From the human T2T-CHM13v2.0 reference genome, Homo sapiens, in the NCBI RefSeq assembly GCF_009914755.1, contig NC_060933.1: a stretch of 64,000 nt of DNA. One strand, written 5' to 3'. Of this stretch, positions 1-13,300 are shown piece after piece. The position numbers were made by a program, and so were the translations under genes. Below the pieces are notes generated by a model. The model did no database searches. It was not told where the DNA came from and saw nothing but the letters and a program-made list of their open reading frames with translations. How positions within the stretch are numbered: position 1 is the stretch's first letter; every line of letters starts with the position of its first letter.

Positions 1-657
1 TCCATTCCATTCCACTCCATTCCATTCCATTCCATTCCATTCCATTCCATTCCATTTCGTTCCATTCCATTCTATTCCGTATCATTCCATTCCATTCCAT
101 TCCATTCCATTCCATTCCATTGTACTCGGGTTGATTCAATTCCATTGCATTCCATTCCATTCCATTCCATTCCATTCCGTTGCATTCCATTCCATTACAT
201 TCGGATTGATTCTATTCAACTCCCTTACTCTCCATTACATTCAATTCCATTCGGGTTGTTCCATTCCATTCCATTCCATTCCACTCCATTCCATTGCACT
301 CGGGTTGATTCCATTCCATTCCATTCCATTCCATTCCGCATGATTCCATTCCATTGCATTCCGTTCCATTACATTCCCCTGCACTCGCGTTGATTCCATT
401 CCATTCCATTTCATTCCATTCAATTCCATTCCATTACAATTCGTTCCATTCCATTCTATTCCGTATCATTCCATTCCATTCCATAACATTCCATTCCATT
501 CCATTCCATTCCATTCCGTTCCATTCCGTTCCATTCCATTCCATTCCATTCTATTCGAATTAATTCCATTCCATTCCATTCCATTCCATTCTATTCCATT
601 TCATTGCAATCGAGTTGAATCCATTGTATTTCATTCCATTCCTTTCCATTCCATTCC

Positions 658-672
658 ATTCCGGAAGATTCC
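658..672. promoter_or_regulatory. Consensus three-unit heat-shock element (aTTCc-gGAAg-aTTCc); representative of ~40 copies in the window
   Basis: Seen: ATTCCGGAAGATTCC matches nTTCnnGAAnnTTCn exactly. Established: HSF1 binds alternating inverted nGAAn units and binds some Sat III arrays after heat shock. Occupancy at this locus is not shown. Confidence 0.45.
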
Positions 673-844
673 ATTCCATTGCATTCCATTCCATTCCATT
701 CCCCTGCACTCGCATTGATTCCATTCCATTCCATTCCATTCCATTCCATTCCGTTCCTTTCCATTCCATTCCATTCCATTCCATTCCGTTCCGTTCCATT
801 CCATTCCATTCCATTCTATTCGGGTTAATTCCATTCCATTCCAT

Positions 845-858
845 TCGATTGCAATCGA
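845..858. other. Perfect 14-bp palindrome TCGATTGCAATCGA within a recurrent landmark module; representative of ~25-30 copies
   Basis: Seen: the sequence equals its own reverse complement. It recurs after CTATTCGGGTTAATTCC, e.g. at 1858, 2537, 4310, 14119, 14528, 32292, 49345 and 63222. Confidence 0.85.
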
Positions 859-3800
859 GTTGATTCCATTCCATTCCATTCCATTCCATTCCATTCCATT
901 CCATTCCATTCCATTCCTTTCCATTCCATTACGGATGATTCCATTCCATTGCATTCCATTCCATTCCATTCCCCTGTAGTCGGGTTGATTCCATTCCATT
1001 CCATTCCAATCCATCCCCTTCCACTCGTGTTGATTCCATTCTTTCCATTCCATTCATGTTGAATCCATTCCATTGTATTCCATTCCATTCGATTCCATTC
1101 GATTGCACTCGGGTTGATTCCATTCCATTGCATTCAATTCCATTCCATTCCATTCCATTCCATTCCATTGTACTCGGGTTGATTCATTTCCATTGCATTC
1201 CATTCCATTCCATTCCATTCCATTCCATTCCGTTGCATTCCATTCCATTACATTCGGATTGATTGTATTCAACTCCCTTACTCTCCATTACATTCAATTC
1301 CATTCGGGTTGTTCCATTCCATTCCATTCCATTCCACTCCATTCCATTGCACTCGGGTTGATTCCATTCCATTCCATTCCATTCCATTCCATTCCGGATG
1401 ATTCCATTCCATTGCATTCCGTTCCATTACATTCCACTGCACTCGCGTTGATTCCATTCCATTCCATTCCATTCCATTCAATTCCATTCCATTACAATTC
1501 GTTCCATTCCATTCTATTCCGTACCATTCCATTCCATTCCATACCATTCCATTCCATTCCATTCCGTTCCATTCCGTTCCATTCCATTCCATTCCATTCT
1601 ATTCGAATTAATTCCATTCCATTCCATTCCATTCCATTCTATTCCATTCCATTGCAATCGAGTTGAATCCATTGCATTTCATTCCATTCCATTCCATTCC
1701 ATTCCATTCCATTCCGGAAGATTCCATTCCATTCCATTCCATTCCATTCCATTCCGTTCCGTTCCATTCCATTCCATTCCATTCCATTCCATTCCATTCC
1801 GTTCCGTTCCATTCCATTCCATTCCATTCTATTCGGGTTAATTCCATTCCATTCCATTCGATTGCAATCGAGTTGATTCCATTCCATTCCATTCCATTCC
1901 ATTCCCTTCCATTCCATTACTTTCCATTCCATTACGGATGATTCCATTCCATTGCATTCCATACCATTCCATTCCCCTATACTCGGGTTGATTCTATTCC
2001 ATTCCATTCCAATCCATGCCATTCCACTCGTGTTGATTCCATTCTTTCCATTCCATTCAAGTTAAATCCATTCCATTGCATTCCATTCCATTCGATTCCA
2101 TTCGATTGCACTCGGGTTGATTCCATTCCATTGCATTCCATTCCATTCCATTCCATTCCATTCCATTCCGTTCCATTCCATTTCATTATATTCAGATTGA
2201 TTCTATTCAATTCCCTTACACTCCATTATATTCCAATCCATTCTGGTTGTCTCCATTCCATTCCATTCCATTTCACTCCATTCCATTGCACTCGGGTTGA
2301 TTCCATTCCATTCCATTCCATTGCATTCCATTCCATTCCATTCCGGATGATTCCATTCCATTGCATTCCATTCCATTCCATTCCCCTGCACTCGCGTTGA
2401 TTCCATTCCATTCCATTTTATTCCATTCCATTCCCTTCCTTTCCGTTCCATTCCATTCCATTCCATTCCATTCCATTCCGTTCCGTTCCATTCCATTCCA
2501 TTCCATTCTATTCGGGTTAATTCCATTCCATTCCATTCGATTGCAATCGAGTTGATTCTATTCCATTCCATTCCATTCCATTCCATTCCATTCCATTCCT
2601 TTCCTTTCCATTCCATTACGGATGATTCCATTCCATTGCATTCCATTCCATTCCATTCCCTTGTACTCGGGTTGATTCCATTCCATTCCATTCCAATCCA
2701 TGCCATTCCACTCGTGTTGATTCCATTCTTTCCATTCCGTTCAAGTTGAATCCATTCCATTGCATTCCATTCCATTCCGTTCCCCGGCAGTCGGGTTGTT
2801 TCCATTCCATTCCATTCCATTCCATTCCATTCCATTCCATTCCGTTCCGTTCCATTCCATTCCATTCCATTCCATTCTATTCGGGTTAATTCCATTCCAT
2901 TCCATTCCATTACATTCCATTCCATTCCAATCGAGTTGATTCCATTCCATTCCATTCCATTCCATTCCACTCCATTCCAGTCCTTTCCATTCCATTCCAC
3001 TCGGGTTGATTCCAATGTATGCCTTTCCATTCCATTCCATTCCATTGCAATCGAGTTGATTCCATTGCTTTGCATTCCATTGCATTCCATTCCATTCCGG
3101 ATGATTCCATTCCATTGCATTCCATTCCATTCCATTCCCCTGCACTCGGGTTGATTCCATTCCATTACACTCCATTCCGTTCCATTCCATTCCATTGCAT
3201 TGTATTCGGGTTAATTCCATTCCATTCCATTCCATTCCATTCCATTCCATTACAATCGAGTTGATTCCATTCCATTCCATTCCATTCCAGTCCTTTCCAT
3301 TCCATTCCTCTCGGGTTGATTCCATTCTATTAGTTTCCATTCCATTCCATTCCCTTCCATTCCACTCTGGTTTATTCCATTCCTTTCCATTCCACTCGAA
3401 TACATTCCCTCCTATTCCACTCGGAACCATTCCATTCCATTCCATTCCATTTCGTTCCATTCCATTCTATTCAGTATCAATCCATTCCATTCCATTCCAT
3501 TCCATTCCATTCCATTCCATTCCATTCCATTCCATTCCATTGTACTCGGGTTGATTCAATTCCATTGCATTCCATTCCATTCCATTCCATTCCATTCCGT
3601 TGCATTCCATTCCATTACATTCGGATTGATTCTATTCAACTCCCTTACTCTCCATTACATTCAATTCCATTCTGGTTGTTCCAATACATTCCATTCCATT
3701 CCACTCCATTCCATTGCACTCGGGTTGATTCCATTCCATTCCATTACATTCCATTCCATTCCGGATGATTCCATTCCATTGCATTCTGTTCCATTACATT

Positions 3801-4789
3801 CCCCTGCACTCGCGTTGATTCCATTCCATTCCATTCCATTCCATTCAATTCCATTCCATTACAATTCGTTCCATTCCATTCTATTCCGTACCATTCCATT
3901 CCATTCCATACCATTCCATTCCATTCCATTCCATTCCATTCCATTCCATTCCGTTCCATTCCGTTCCATTCCATTCCATTCCATTCTATTCGAATTAATT
4001 CCATTCCATTCCATTCTATTCCATTCCATTCCATTCTATTCCATTCCATTGCAATCGAGTTGAATCCATTGCATTTCATTCCATTCCATTCCATTCCATT
4101 CCATTCCGGAAGATTCCATTCCATTGCATTCCATTCCATTCCATTCCCCTGCACTCGCGTTGATTCCATTCCATTCCATTCCATTCCATTGCATTCCATT
4201 CCATTCCATTCCGTTCCGTTCCATTCCATTCCATTCCATTCCATTCCATTCCGTTCCGTTCCATTCCATTCCATTCCATTCTATTCGGGTTAATTCCATT
4301 CCATTCCATTCGATTGCAATCGAGTTGATTTCATTCCATTCCATTCCATTCCATTCCATTCCATTCCTTTCCATTCCATTACGGATGATTCCATTCCATT
4401 GCATTCCATTCCATTCCATTCCCCTGTACTCGGGTTGATTCCATTCCATTGCATTCCAATCCATGCCATTCCACTCGTGTTGATTCCATTCTTTCCATTC
4501 CATTCAAGTTGAATCCATTCCATTGCATTCCATTCCATTCGATTCCATTCGATTGCACTCGGGTTGATTCCATTCCATTTCATTCCATTCCATTCCATTC
4601 CATTCCATTCCGTTCCATTCCATTCCAATACATTCGGATTGATTCTATTCAATTCCCTTACACTCCATTACATTCCATTCCATTCGGGTAGTTTCCATTC
4701 CATTCCATTCCATTCCTCTCCATTCCATTGCACTCGGGTTGATTCCATTCCATTGCATTCCATTCCATTCCATTCAATTCCATTCCGTT

Positions 4790-7700
4790 CCATTCCATTA
4801 CATTACATTCGGATTGATTCTATTCAACTCCCTTACTCTCCATTACATTCCATTCCATTCGGGTTGTTCCATTCCATTCCATTCCATTCCACTCCATTCC
4901 ATTGCACTCGGGTTGATTCCATTCCATTACATTCCATTCCATTCCATTCCATTCCGGAAGATTCCATTCCATTGCATTCCATTCCATTCCATTCCCCTGC
5001 ACTCGCGTTGATTCCATTCCGTTCCATTCTATTCCATTCCATTCCCTTCCCTTCCGTTCCATTCCATTCCATTCCATTCCATTCCATTCCGTTCCGTTCC
5101 GTTCCATTCCATTCCATTCCATTCTATTCGGGTTAATTCCATTCCATTCCATTCGATTGCAATCGAGTTGATTCCATTCCATTCCATTCCATTCCATTCC
5201 ATTCCATTCCATTCCTTTCCATTCCATTACGGATGATTCCATTCCATTGCATTCCATACCATTCCATTCCCCTATACTCGGGTTGATTCTATTCCATTCC
5301 ATTCCAATCCATGTCATTCCACTCGTGTTGATTCCATTCTTTCCATTCCATTCAAGTTAAATCCATTCCATTGCATTCAATTCCATTCGATTCCATTCGA
5401 TTGCACTCGGGTTGATTCCATTCCATTGCATTCCATTCCATTCCATTCCATTCCATTCCATTCCGTTCCATTCCATTTCATTATATTCAGATTGATTCTA
5501 TTCAATTCCCTTACACTCCATTATATTCCAATCCATTCTGGTTGTCTCCATTCCATTCCATTCCATTTCACTCCATTCCATTGCACTCGGGTTGATTCCA
5601 TTCCATTCCATTCCATTGCATTCCATTCCATTCCATTCCGGATGATTCCATTCCATAGCATTCCATTCCATTCCATTCCCCTGCAGTCGGGTTGATTCCA
5701 TTCCATTCCATTACATTACTTTCCGTTCCATTCCATTCCATTCCATTCGGACTGATTCTATTCAATTCCCTTACACTCCATTACATTCCATTCCATTTGG
5801 GTGGTTTCCATTCCATTCCATTCCATTCCTCTCCATTCCATTGCACTCGGGTTGATTCCATTCCATTCCATTCCATTCCATTGCATTACATTACATTCCA
5901 TTCCTTTCGGTTCCATTGTACCCGGGTTGATTCCATTCCATTGCATTCCATTCCATTCCATTCCATTCCATTCCATTCCATTCCATTCCATTCCGTTCCA
6001 TTCCATTACATTCGGATTGATTCTATTCAACTCCCTTACTCTCCATTACATTCCATTTCATTCGGGTTGTTCCATTCCATTCCATTCCATTCCACTCCAT
6101 TCCATTGCGCTCGGGTTGATTCCATTCCATTCCATTCCATTCCATTCCATTCCATTCCATTCCATTCCGGATGATTCCATTCCATTGCATTCCGTTCCAT
6201 TACATTCCCCTGCACTCGGGTTGATTCCATTCCATTCCATTCCATTCCATTCGATTCCATTCCATTCCAATTCTTTCCATTCCATTCTATTCCGTACCAT
6301 TCCATTCCATTCCATACTATTCCATTCCGTTCCATTCAACTCCGTTCCGTTCCGTTCCGTTCTGTTCCATTCCATTCCATTCCATTCCATTCTATTCGGT
6401 TTAATTCCATTCCATTCCATTCCATTCCATTCCATTCTATTCCATTCCATTGCAATCGAGTTGAATCCATTGCATTCCATTCCATTCCAGTCCTTTCCAT
6501 TCCATTCCTCTCGGGTTGATTCCTTTCTATTAGATTCCATTCCATTCCATTCCCTTCCATTCCACTCTGGTTGATTCCATTCCTTTCCATTCCACTCGAA
6601 TACATTCCCTCCTATTCCACTCGGAACGATTCCATTCCATTCCATTCCATTCCATTCCATTCCATTTCGTTCCATTCTATTCTATTCCGTATCATTCCAT
6701 TCCATTCCATTCCATTCCATTCCATTCCATTCCATTCCATTGTACTCGGGTTGATTCAATTCCATTGCATTCCATTCCATTCCATTCCATTCCATTCCGT
6801 TGCATTCCATTCCATTACATTCGGATTGATTCTATTCAACTCCCTTACTCTCCATTACATTCCATTCCATTCGGGTTGTTCCATTCCATTCCATTCCATT
6901 CCACTCCATTCCATTGCACTCGGGTTGATTCCATTCCATTCCATTCCATTCCATTCCATTCCATTCCGGAAGATTCCATTCCATTGCATTCCATTCCATT
7001 CCATTCCCCTGCACTCGCGTTGATTCCATTCCGTTCCATTCTATTCCATTCCATTCCCTTCCCTTCCGTTCCATTCCATTCCATTCCATTCCATTCCATT
7101 CCGTTCCGTTCCGTTCCATTCCATTCCATTCCATTCTATTCGGGTTAATTCCATTCCATTCCATTCGATTGCAATCGAGTTGATTCCATTCCATTCCATT
7201 CCATTCCATTCCATTCCATTCCATTCCTTTCCATTCCATTACGGATGATTCCATTCCATTGCATTCCATACCATTCCATTCCCCTATACTCGGGTTGATT
7301 CTATTCCATTCCATTCCAATCCATGCCATTCCACTCGTGTTGATTCCATTCTTTCCATTCCATTCAAGTTAAATCCATTCCATTGCATTCCATTCCATTC
7401 GATTCCATTCGATTGCACTCGGGTTGATTCCATTCCATTGCATTCCATTCCATTCCATTCCATTCCATTCCATTCCGTTCCATTCCATTTCATTATATTC
7501 AGATTGATTCTATTCAATTCCCTTACACTCCATTATATTCCAATCCATTCTGGTTGTCTCCATTCCATTCCATTCCATTTCACTCCATTCCATTGCACTC
7601 GGGTTGATTCCATTCCATTCCATTCCATTGCATTCCATTCCATTCCATTCCGGATGATTCCATTCCATAGCATTCCATTCCATTCCATTCCCCTGCAGTC

Positions 7701-8002
7701 GGGTTGATTCCATTCCATTCCATTACATTACTTTCCGTTCCATTCCATTCCATTCCATTCGGATTGATTCTATTCAATTCCGTTACACTCCATTACATTC
7801 CATTCCATTCGGGTAGTTTCCATTCCATTCCATTCCATTCCTCTCCATTCCATTGCACTCGGGTTGATTCCATTCCATTCCATTCCATTCCATTGCATTA
7901 CATTACATTCCATTCCTTTCGGTTCCATTGTACTCGGGTTGATTCCATTCCATTGCATTCCATTCCATTCCATTCCATTCCATTCCATTCCATTCCATTC
8001 CG
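4790..8002 (+). repeat. ~1.2-kb direct duplication, offset 2012 bp (~4790-5990 and ~6802-8002)
   Basis: Shared private variants at constant offset: CCCCTATACTC, CAAGTTAAATCC (5353/7365), CCATAGCATTCC (5653/7665), TTACATTACTTTCCG (5711/7723), CCTTTCGGTTCC (5903/7915). ORFs 5426..5695 and 7438..7707 translate identically. Confidence 0.9.
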
Positions 8003-10399
8003 TTCCGTTCCATTCCATTCCATTCCATTCTCTTCGTGTTAATTCCATTCCATTCCGTTCGATTGCAATCGAGTTGACTCCATTCCATTCCATTCCATTC
8101 CTTTCCATTCCATTATGGATGATTCCATTCCATTGCATTCCATTCCATTCCATTCCCCTTTACTCGGGTTGATTCCATTCCATTCCATTCCAATCCATGC
8201 CATTCCACTCGTGTTGATTCCATTATTTCCATTTCATTCAATTTGAATCCATTCCTTTGCATTCCATTCCATTCCATTCCCCTGCAGTCGGGTTGTTTCC
8301 ATTCCATTCCATTCCATTCCCCTGCTGTCGGGTTGTTTCCATTCCATTCCATTCCATTCCATTCCATTCCATTCCATTCCGTTCCGTTCCATTCCATTCC
8401 ATTCCATTCTATTCGGGTTAATTCCATTCCATTCCATTCCATTCCATTCCATTCCATTCCAATCGAGTTGATTCCATTCCATTCCATTCCATTCCATTCC
8501 ATTCCATTCCACTCCATTCCAGTCCTTTCCATTCCATTCCACTCGGGTTGATTCCAATGTATTCCTTTCCATTCCATTCCATTCCATTGCAATCGAGTTG
8601 ATTCCATTGCTTTGCATTCCATTCCATTCCATTCCATTCCGGATGATTCCATTTCATTGCATTCCATTCCATTCCATTCCCCTGCACTCGGGTTGATTCC
8701 ATTCCATTCCACTCCATTCCGTTCCATTCCATTCCATTGCATTGTATTCGGGTTAATTCCATTCCATTCCATTCTATTCCATTCCGTTCCGTTCCATTCC
8801 ATTCCATTCCATTCTATTCGGGTTAATTCCATTCCATTCCGTTCCTTTTCATTCTATTCCATTCCATTCCAATCGAGTTGATTCCATTCCATTCCATTCC
8901 ATTCCATTCCATTCCACTCCATTCCAGTCCTTTCCATTCCATTCCATTCGGGTTGATTCCAATGTATTCCTTTCCATTCCATTCCATTGCATTGCAATCG
9001 AGTTGATTTCATTGCTTTGCATTCCATTCCATTCCATTCCATTCCGGATGATTCCATTCCATTGCATTCCATTCCATTCCATTCCTCTCCATTCCATTGC
9101 ACTCGGGTTGATTCCATTCCATTCCATTCCATTCCATTCCATTCCATTACATTACATTACATTCCGTTCCATTGTACTCGGGTTGATTCCATTCCATTGC
9201 ATTCCATTCCATTCCATTCCATTCCATTCCATTCCAGTCCATTCCGTTCCATTCCATTACATTCGGATTGATTCTATTCTACTCCCCTACACTCCATTAC
9301 ATTCCATTCCATTCGGGTTGTTCCATTCCATTCCATTCCATTCCACTCCATTCCATTGCGCTCGGGTTGATTCCATTCCATTCCATTCCATTCCATTCCA
9401 TTCCATTCCACTCCATTCCGGATGATTCCATTCCATTGCATTCCGTTCCATTACGTTCCCCTGCACTCGGGTTGATTCCATTCCATTCCATTCCATTCCA
9501 TTCGATTCCATTCCATTCCAATTCTTACCATTCCATTCTATTCCATACCATTCCATTCCATTCCATACAATTCCATTCCATTCCATTCCACTCCGTTCCG
9601 TTCCGTTCCGTTCTGTTCCGTTCCATTCCATTCCATTCCATTCTATTCGGTTTAATTCCATTCCATTCCATTCCATTCCATTCCATTCCATTCCATTCTA
9701 TTCCATTCCATTGCAATCGAGTTGAATCCATTGCATTCCATTCCATTCCATTCCATTCCATTCCATTCCATTCCGGAAGATTCCATTCCATTGCAATCCA
9801 TTCCATTCCATTCCATTCCATTCCATTCCATTCCATTCCATTCCATTCCATTCCATTCCATTGTACTCGGGTTGATTCCATTCCATTGCATTCCATTCCA
9901 TTCCATTCCATTCTGTTCCATTCCATTCCATTACATTCGGATTGATTCTTTTCAACTCCCTTACTCTCCATTACATTCCATTCCATTCGGGTTGTTCCAT
10001 TCCATTCCATTCCATTCCACTCCATTCCATTGCACTCGGGTTGATTCCATTCCATTCCATTCCGGATGATTCCATTCCACTGCATTCCGTTCCATTACAT
10101 TCCCCTGCACTCGGGTTGATTCCATTCCATTCCTTTCAATTCCATTCGATTCCATTCCATTCCCCTGCACTCGCGTTGATTCCATTCCATTCCATTCCAT
10201 TCCATTCCATTCCATTCCATTCCTTTCCGTTCCATTCCATTCCATTCCATTCCACTCCGTTCCGTTCCGTTCCGTTCCATTCCATTCCATTCCCTTTGAT
10301 TCTATTCGTTTTAATTCCATTCCATTCCATTCCATTCTATTCCATTCCATTGCAATCGAGTTGAATCCATTGCATTCCATTCCATTCCATTCCATTCCA

Positions 10400-13300
10400 T
10401 TCCATTCCATTCCATTCCGGAAGATTCCATTCCATTGCATTCCATTTCATTCCATTCCATTCCATTCCATTCCATTGTACTCGGGTTGATTCCATTCCAT
10501 TGCATTCCATTCCATTCCATTCCATTCCATTCCTTTCCATTCCATTCCGTTCCATTCCATTCCATTACATTCGGATTGATTCTTTTCAACTCCCTTACTC
10601 TGCATTACATTCCATTCCATTTGGGTTGTTCCATTCCATTCCATTCCATTCCACTCCATTCCATTTCACTCGGGTTGATTCCATTCCATTCCATTCCATT
10701 CCATTCCGGATGATTCCATTCCATTGCATTCCGTTCCATTACATTCCCCTGCACTCGGGTTGATTCCATTCCATTCCATTCCATTCCATTCGATTCTATT
10801 CCATTCCCCTGCACTCGCGTTGATTCCATTCCATTCCATTCCATTCCATTCCATTCCATTCCATTCCATTCCATTCCTTTCCATTCCAGTCCTTTCCATT
10901 CCATTCCACTCGGGTTGATTCCATTCTATTAGTTTCCATTGCATTCCATTCCCTTCCCTTCCACTCTGGTTGATTCCATTCCTTTCCATTCCACTCGAAT
11001 ACATTCCCTCCAATTCCACTCGGAACGATTCCATTCCATTCCATTCCATTCCATTCCATTCCATTCCATTCCATTCCATTTTGTTCCATTCCATTCTATT
11101 CCGTATCATTCCATTCCATTCCATTCCACTCCATTCCATTCCATTCCATTCCACTCGTGTTGATTCCATTCCTTTCCATTCCATTCGGTTTGAAGTTATT
11201 CCATTCCATTCCATTCCATTCCATTCCATTCCATTCCATTCCATTCCCTTCCATTGTACTCGGGTTGATTTCATTCCATTGCATTCCATTCCATTCCATT
11301 CCATTCCATTCCATTCCGTTGCATTCCATTCCATTACATTCGGATTGATTCTATTCAACTCCCTTACTCTCCATTACATTCCATTCCATTCGGGTTGTTC
11401 CATTCCATTCCATTCCATTCCACTCCATTCCATTGCACTCGGGTTGATTCCATTCTATTCCATTCCATTCCATTCCATTCCGGATGATTCCATTCCATTG
11501 CATTCCGTTCCATTACATTCCCCTGCACTCGCGTTGATTCCATTCCATTCCATTCCATTCCATTCAATTCCATTCCATTACAATTCGTTCCATTCCATTC
11601 TATTCGGTACCATTCCATTCCATTCCATACAATTCCATTGCATTCCATTCCATTCCATTCCGTTCCATTCCGTTCCATTCCATTCCATTCCATTCTATTC
11701 GGGTTAATTCCATTCCATTCCATTCCATTCCATTCCATTCCATTCCATTCCATTCCATTCCATTCTATTCCATTCCATTGCAATCGAGTTGAATCCATTG
11801 CATTTCATTCCATTCCATTCCATTCCATTCCATTCCGGAAGATTCCATTCCATTGCATTCCATTCCATTCCATTCCCCTGCACTCGCGTTGATTCCATTC
11901 CATTCCATTCCATTCCATTCCATTCCATTCCATTCCATTCCGATCTGTTCCGTTCCATTGCATTCCATTCCATTCCATTCCGTTCCATTCCATTCCATTC
12001 CATTCCATTCTATTCGGGTTAATTCCATTCCATTCCATTTGATTGCAATCGAGTTGATTCCATTCCATTCCATTCCATTCCATTCCATTCCATTCCATTC
12101 CATTCCATTCCTTTCCATTCCATTACGGATGATTCCATTCCATTGCATTCCATTCCATTCCATTCCCCTGTACTCGGATTGATTCCCTTCCATTCTATTC
12201 TAACCCATGCCATTACACTCATGTTGATTCCATTCTTTCCATTCCTTTCAAGTTGAATCCATTCCATTGCATTCCATTCCATTCGATTCCATTCGATTGC
12301 ACTCGGGTTGATTCCATTCCATTGCATTCCATTCCTTTCCATTCCATTCCATTCCATTCCATTCCCTTCCATTCCATTCCATTACATTCGGATTGATTCT
12401 ATTCAACTCCCTTACTCTCCATTACATTCCATTCCATTCGGGTTGTTCCATTCCATTCCATTCCATTCCACTCCATTCCATTGCACTCGGGTTGATTCCA
12501 TTCCATTCCATTCCATTCCATTCCATTCCATTCCATTCCGGAAGATTCCATTCCATTGCATTCCATTCCATTCCATTCCTTTCCGTTCCATTCCATTCCA
12601 TTCCATTTCATTACATTCAGATTGATTCTATTCAATTCCCTTACACTCCATTATATTCCAATCCATTCTGGTTGTTTCCATTCCATTCCATTCCATTCCT
12701 CTGCTTTCCATTGCACTCGGGTTGATTCCATTCCATTCCATTCCATTCCATTCCATTCCATTTCATTCCATTCCGTTCCATTGTACTCGGGTTGATTCCA
12801 TTGCATTGCATTCCATTCCATTGCATTCCATTCCATTCCATTCCATTCCATTCCGTTCCATTCCATTACATTCGGATTGATTCTATTCAACTCCCTTACT
12901 CTCCATTACATTCCATTCCATTCGGGTTGTTCCATTCCATTCCATTCCATTCCACTCATTCCATTGCACTCGGGTTGATTCCATTCCATTCCATTCCATT
13001 GCATTCCATTCCATTACGGATGATTCCATTCCATTGCATTCCGTTCCATTACATTCCCCTGCACTCGGGTTGATTCCATTCCATTCCATTCCATTCCATT
13101 CCTTTCCATCCCATTCCACTCGGGTTGATTCCGTTCTATTAGTTTCCATTCCATTCCATTCCCTTCCATTCCACTCTGGTTGATTCCATTCCTTTCCATT
13201 CCACTCGAATACATTCCCTCCTATTCCACTCGGAACGATTCCATTCCATTCCATTCCATTCCATTCCATTCCATTCCATTCCATTCCATTCCATTCCATT

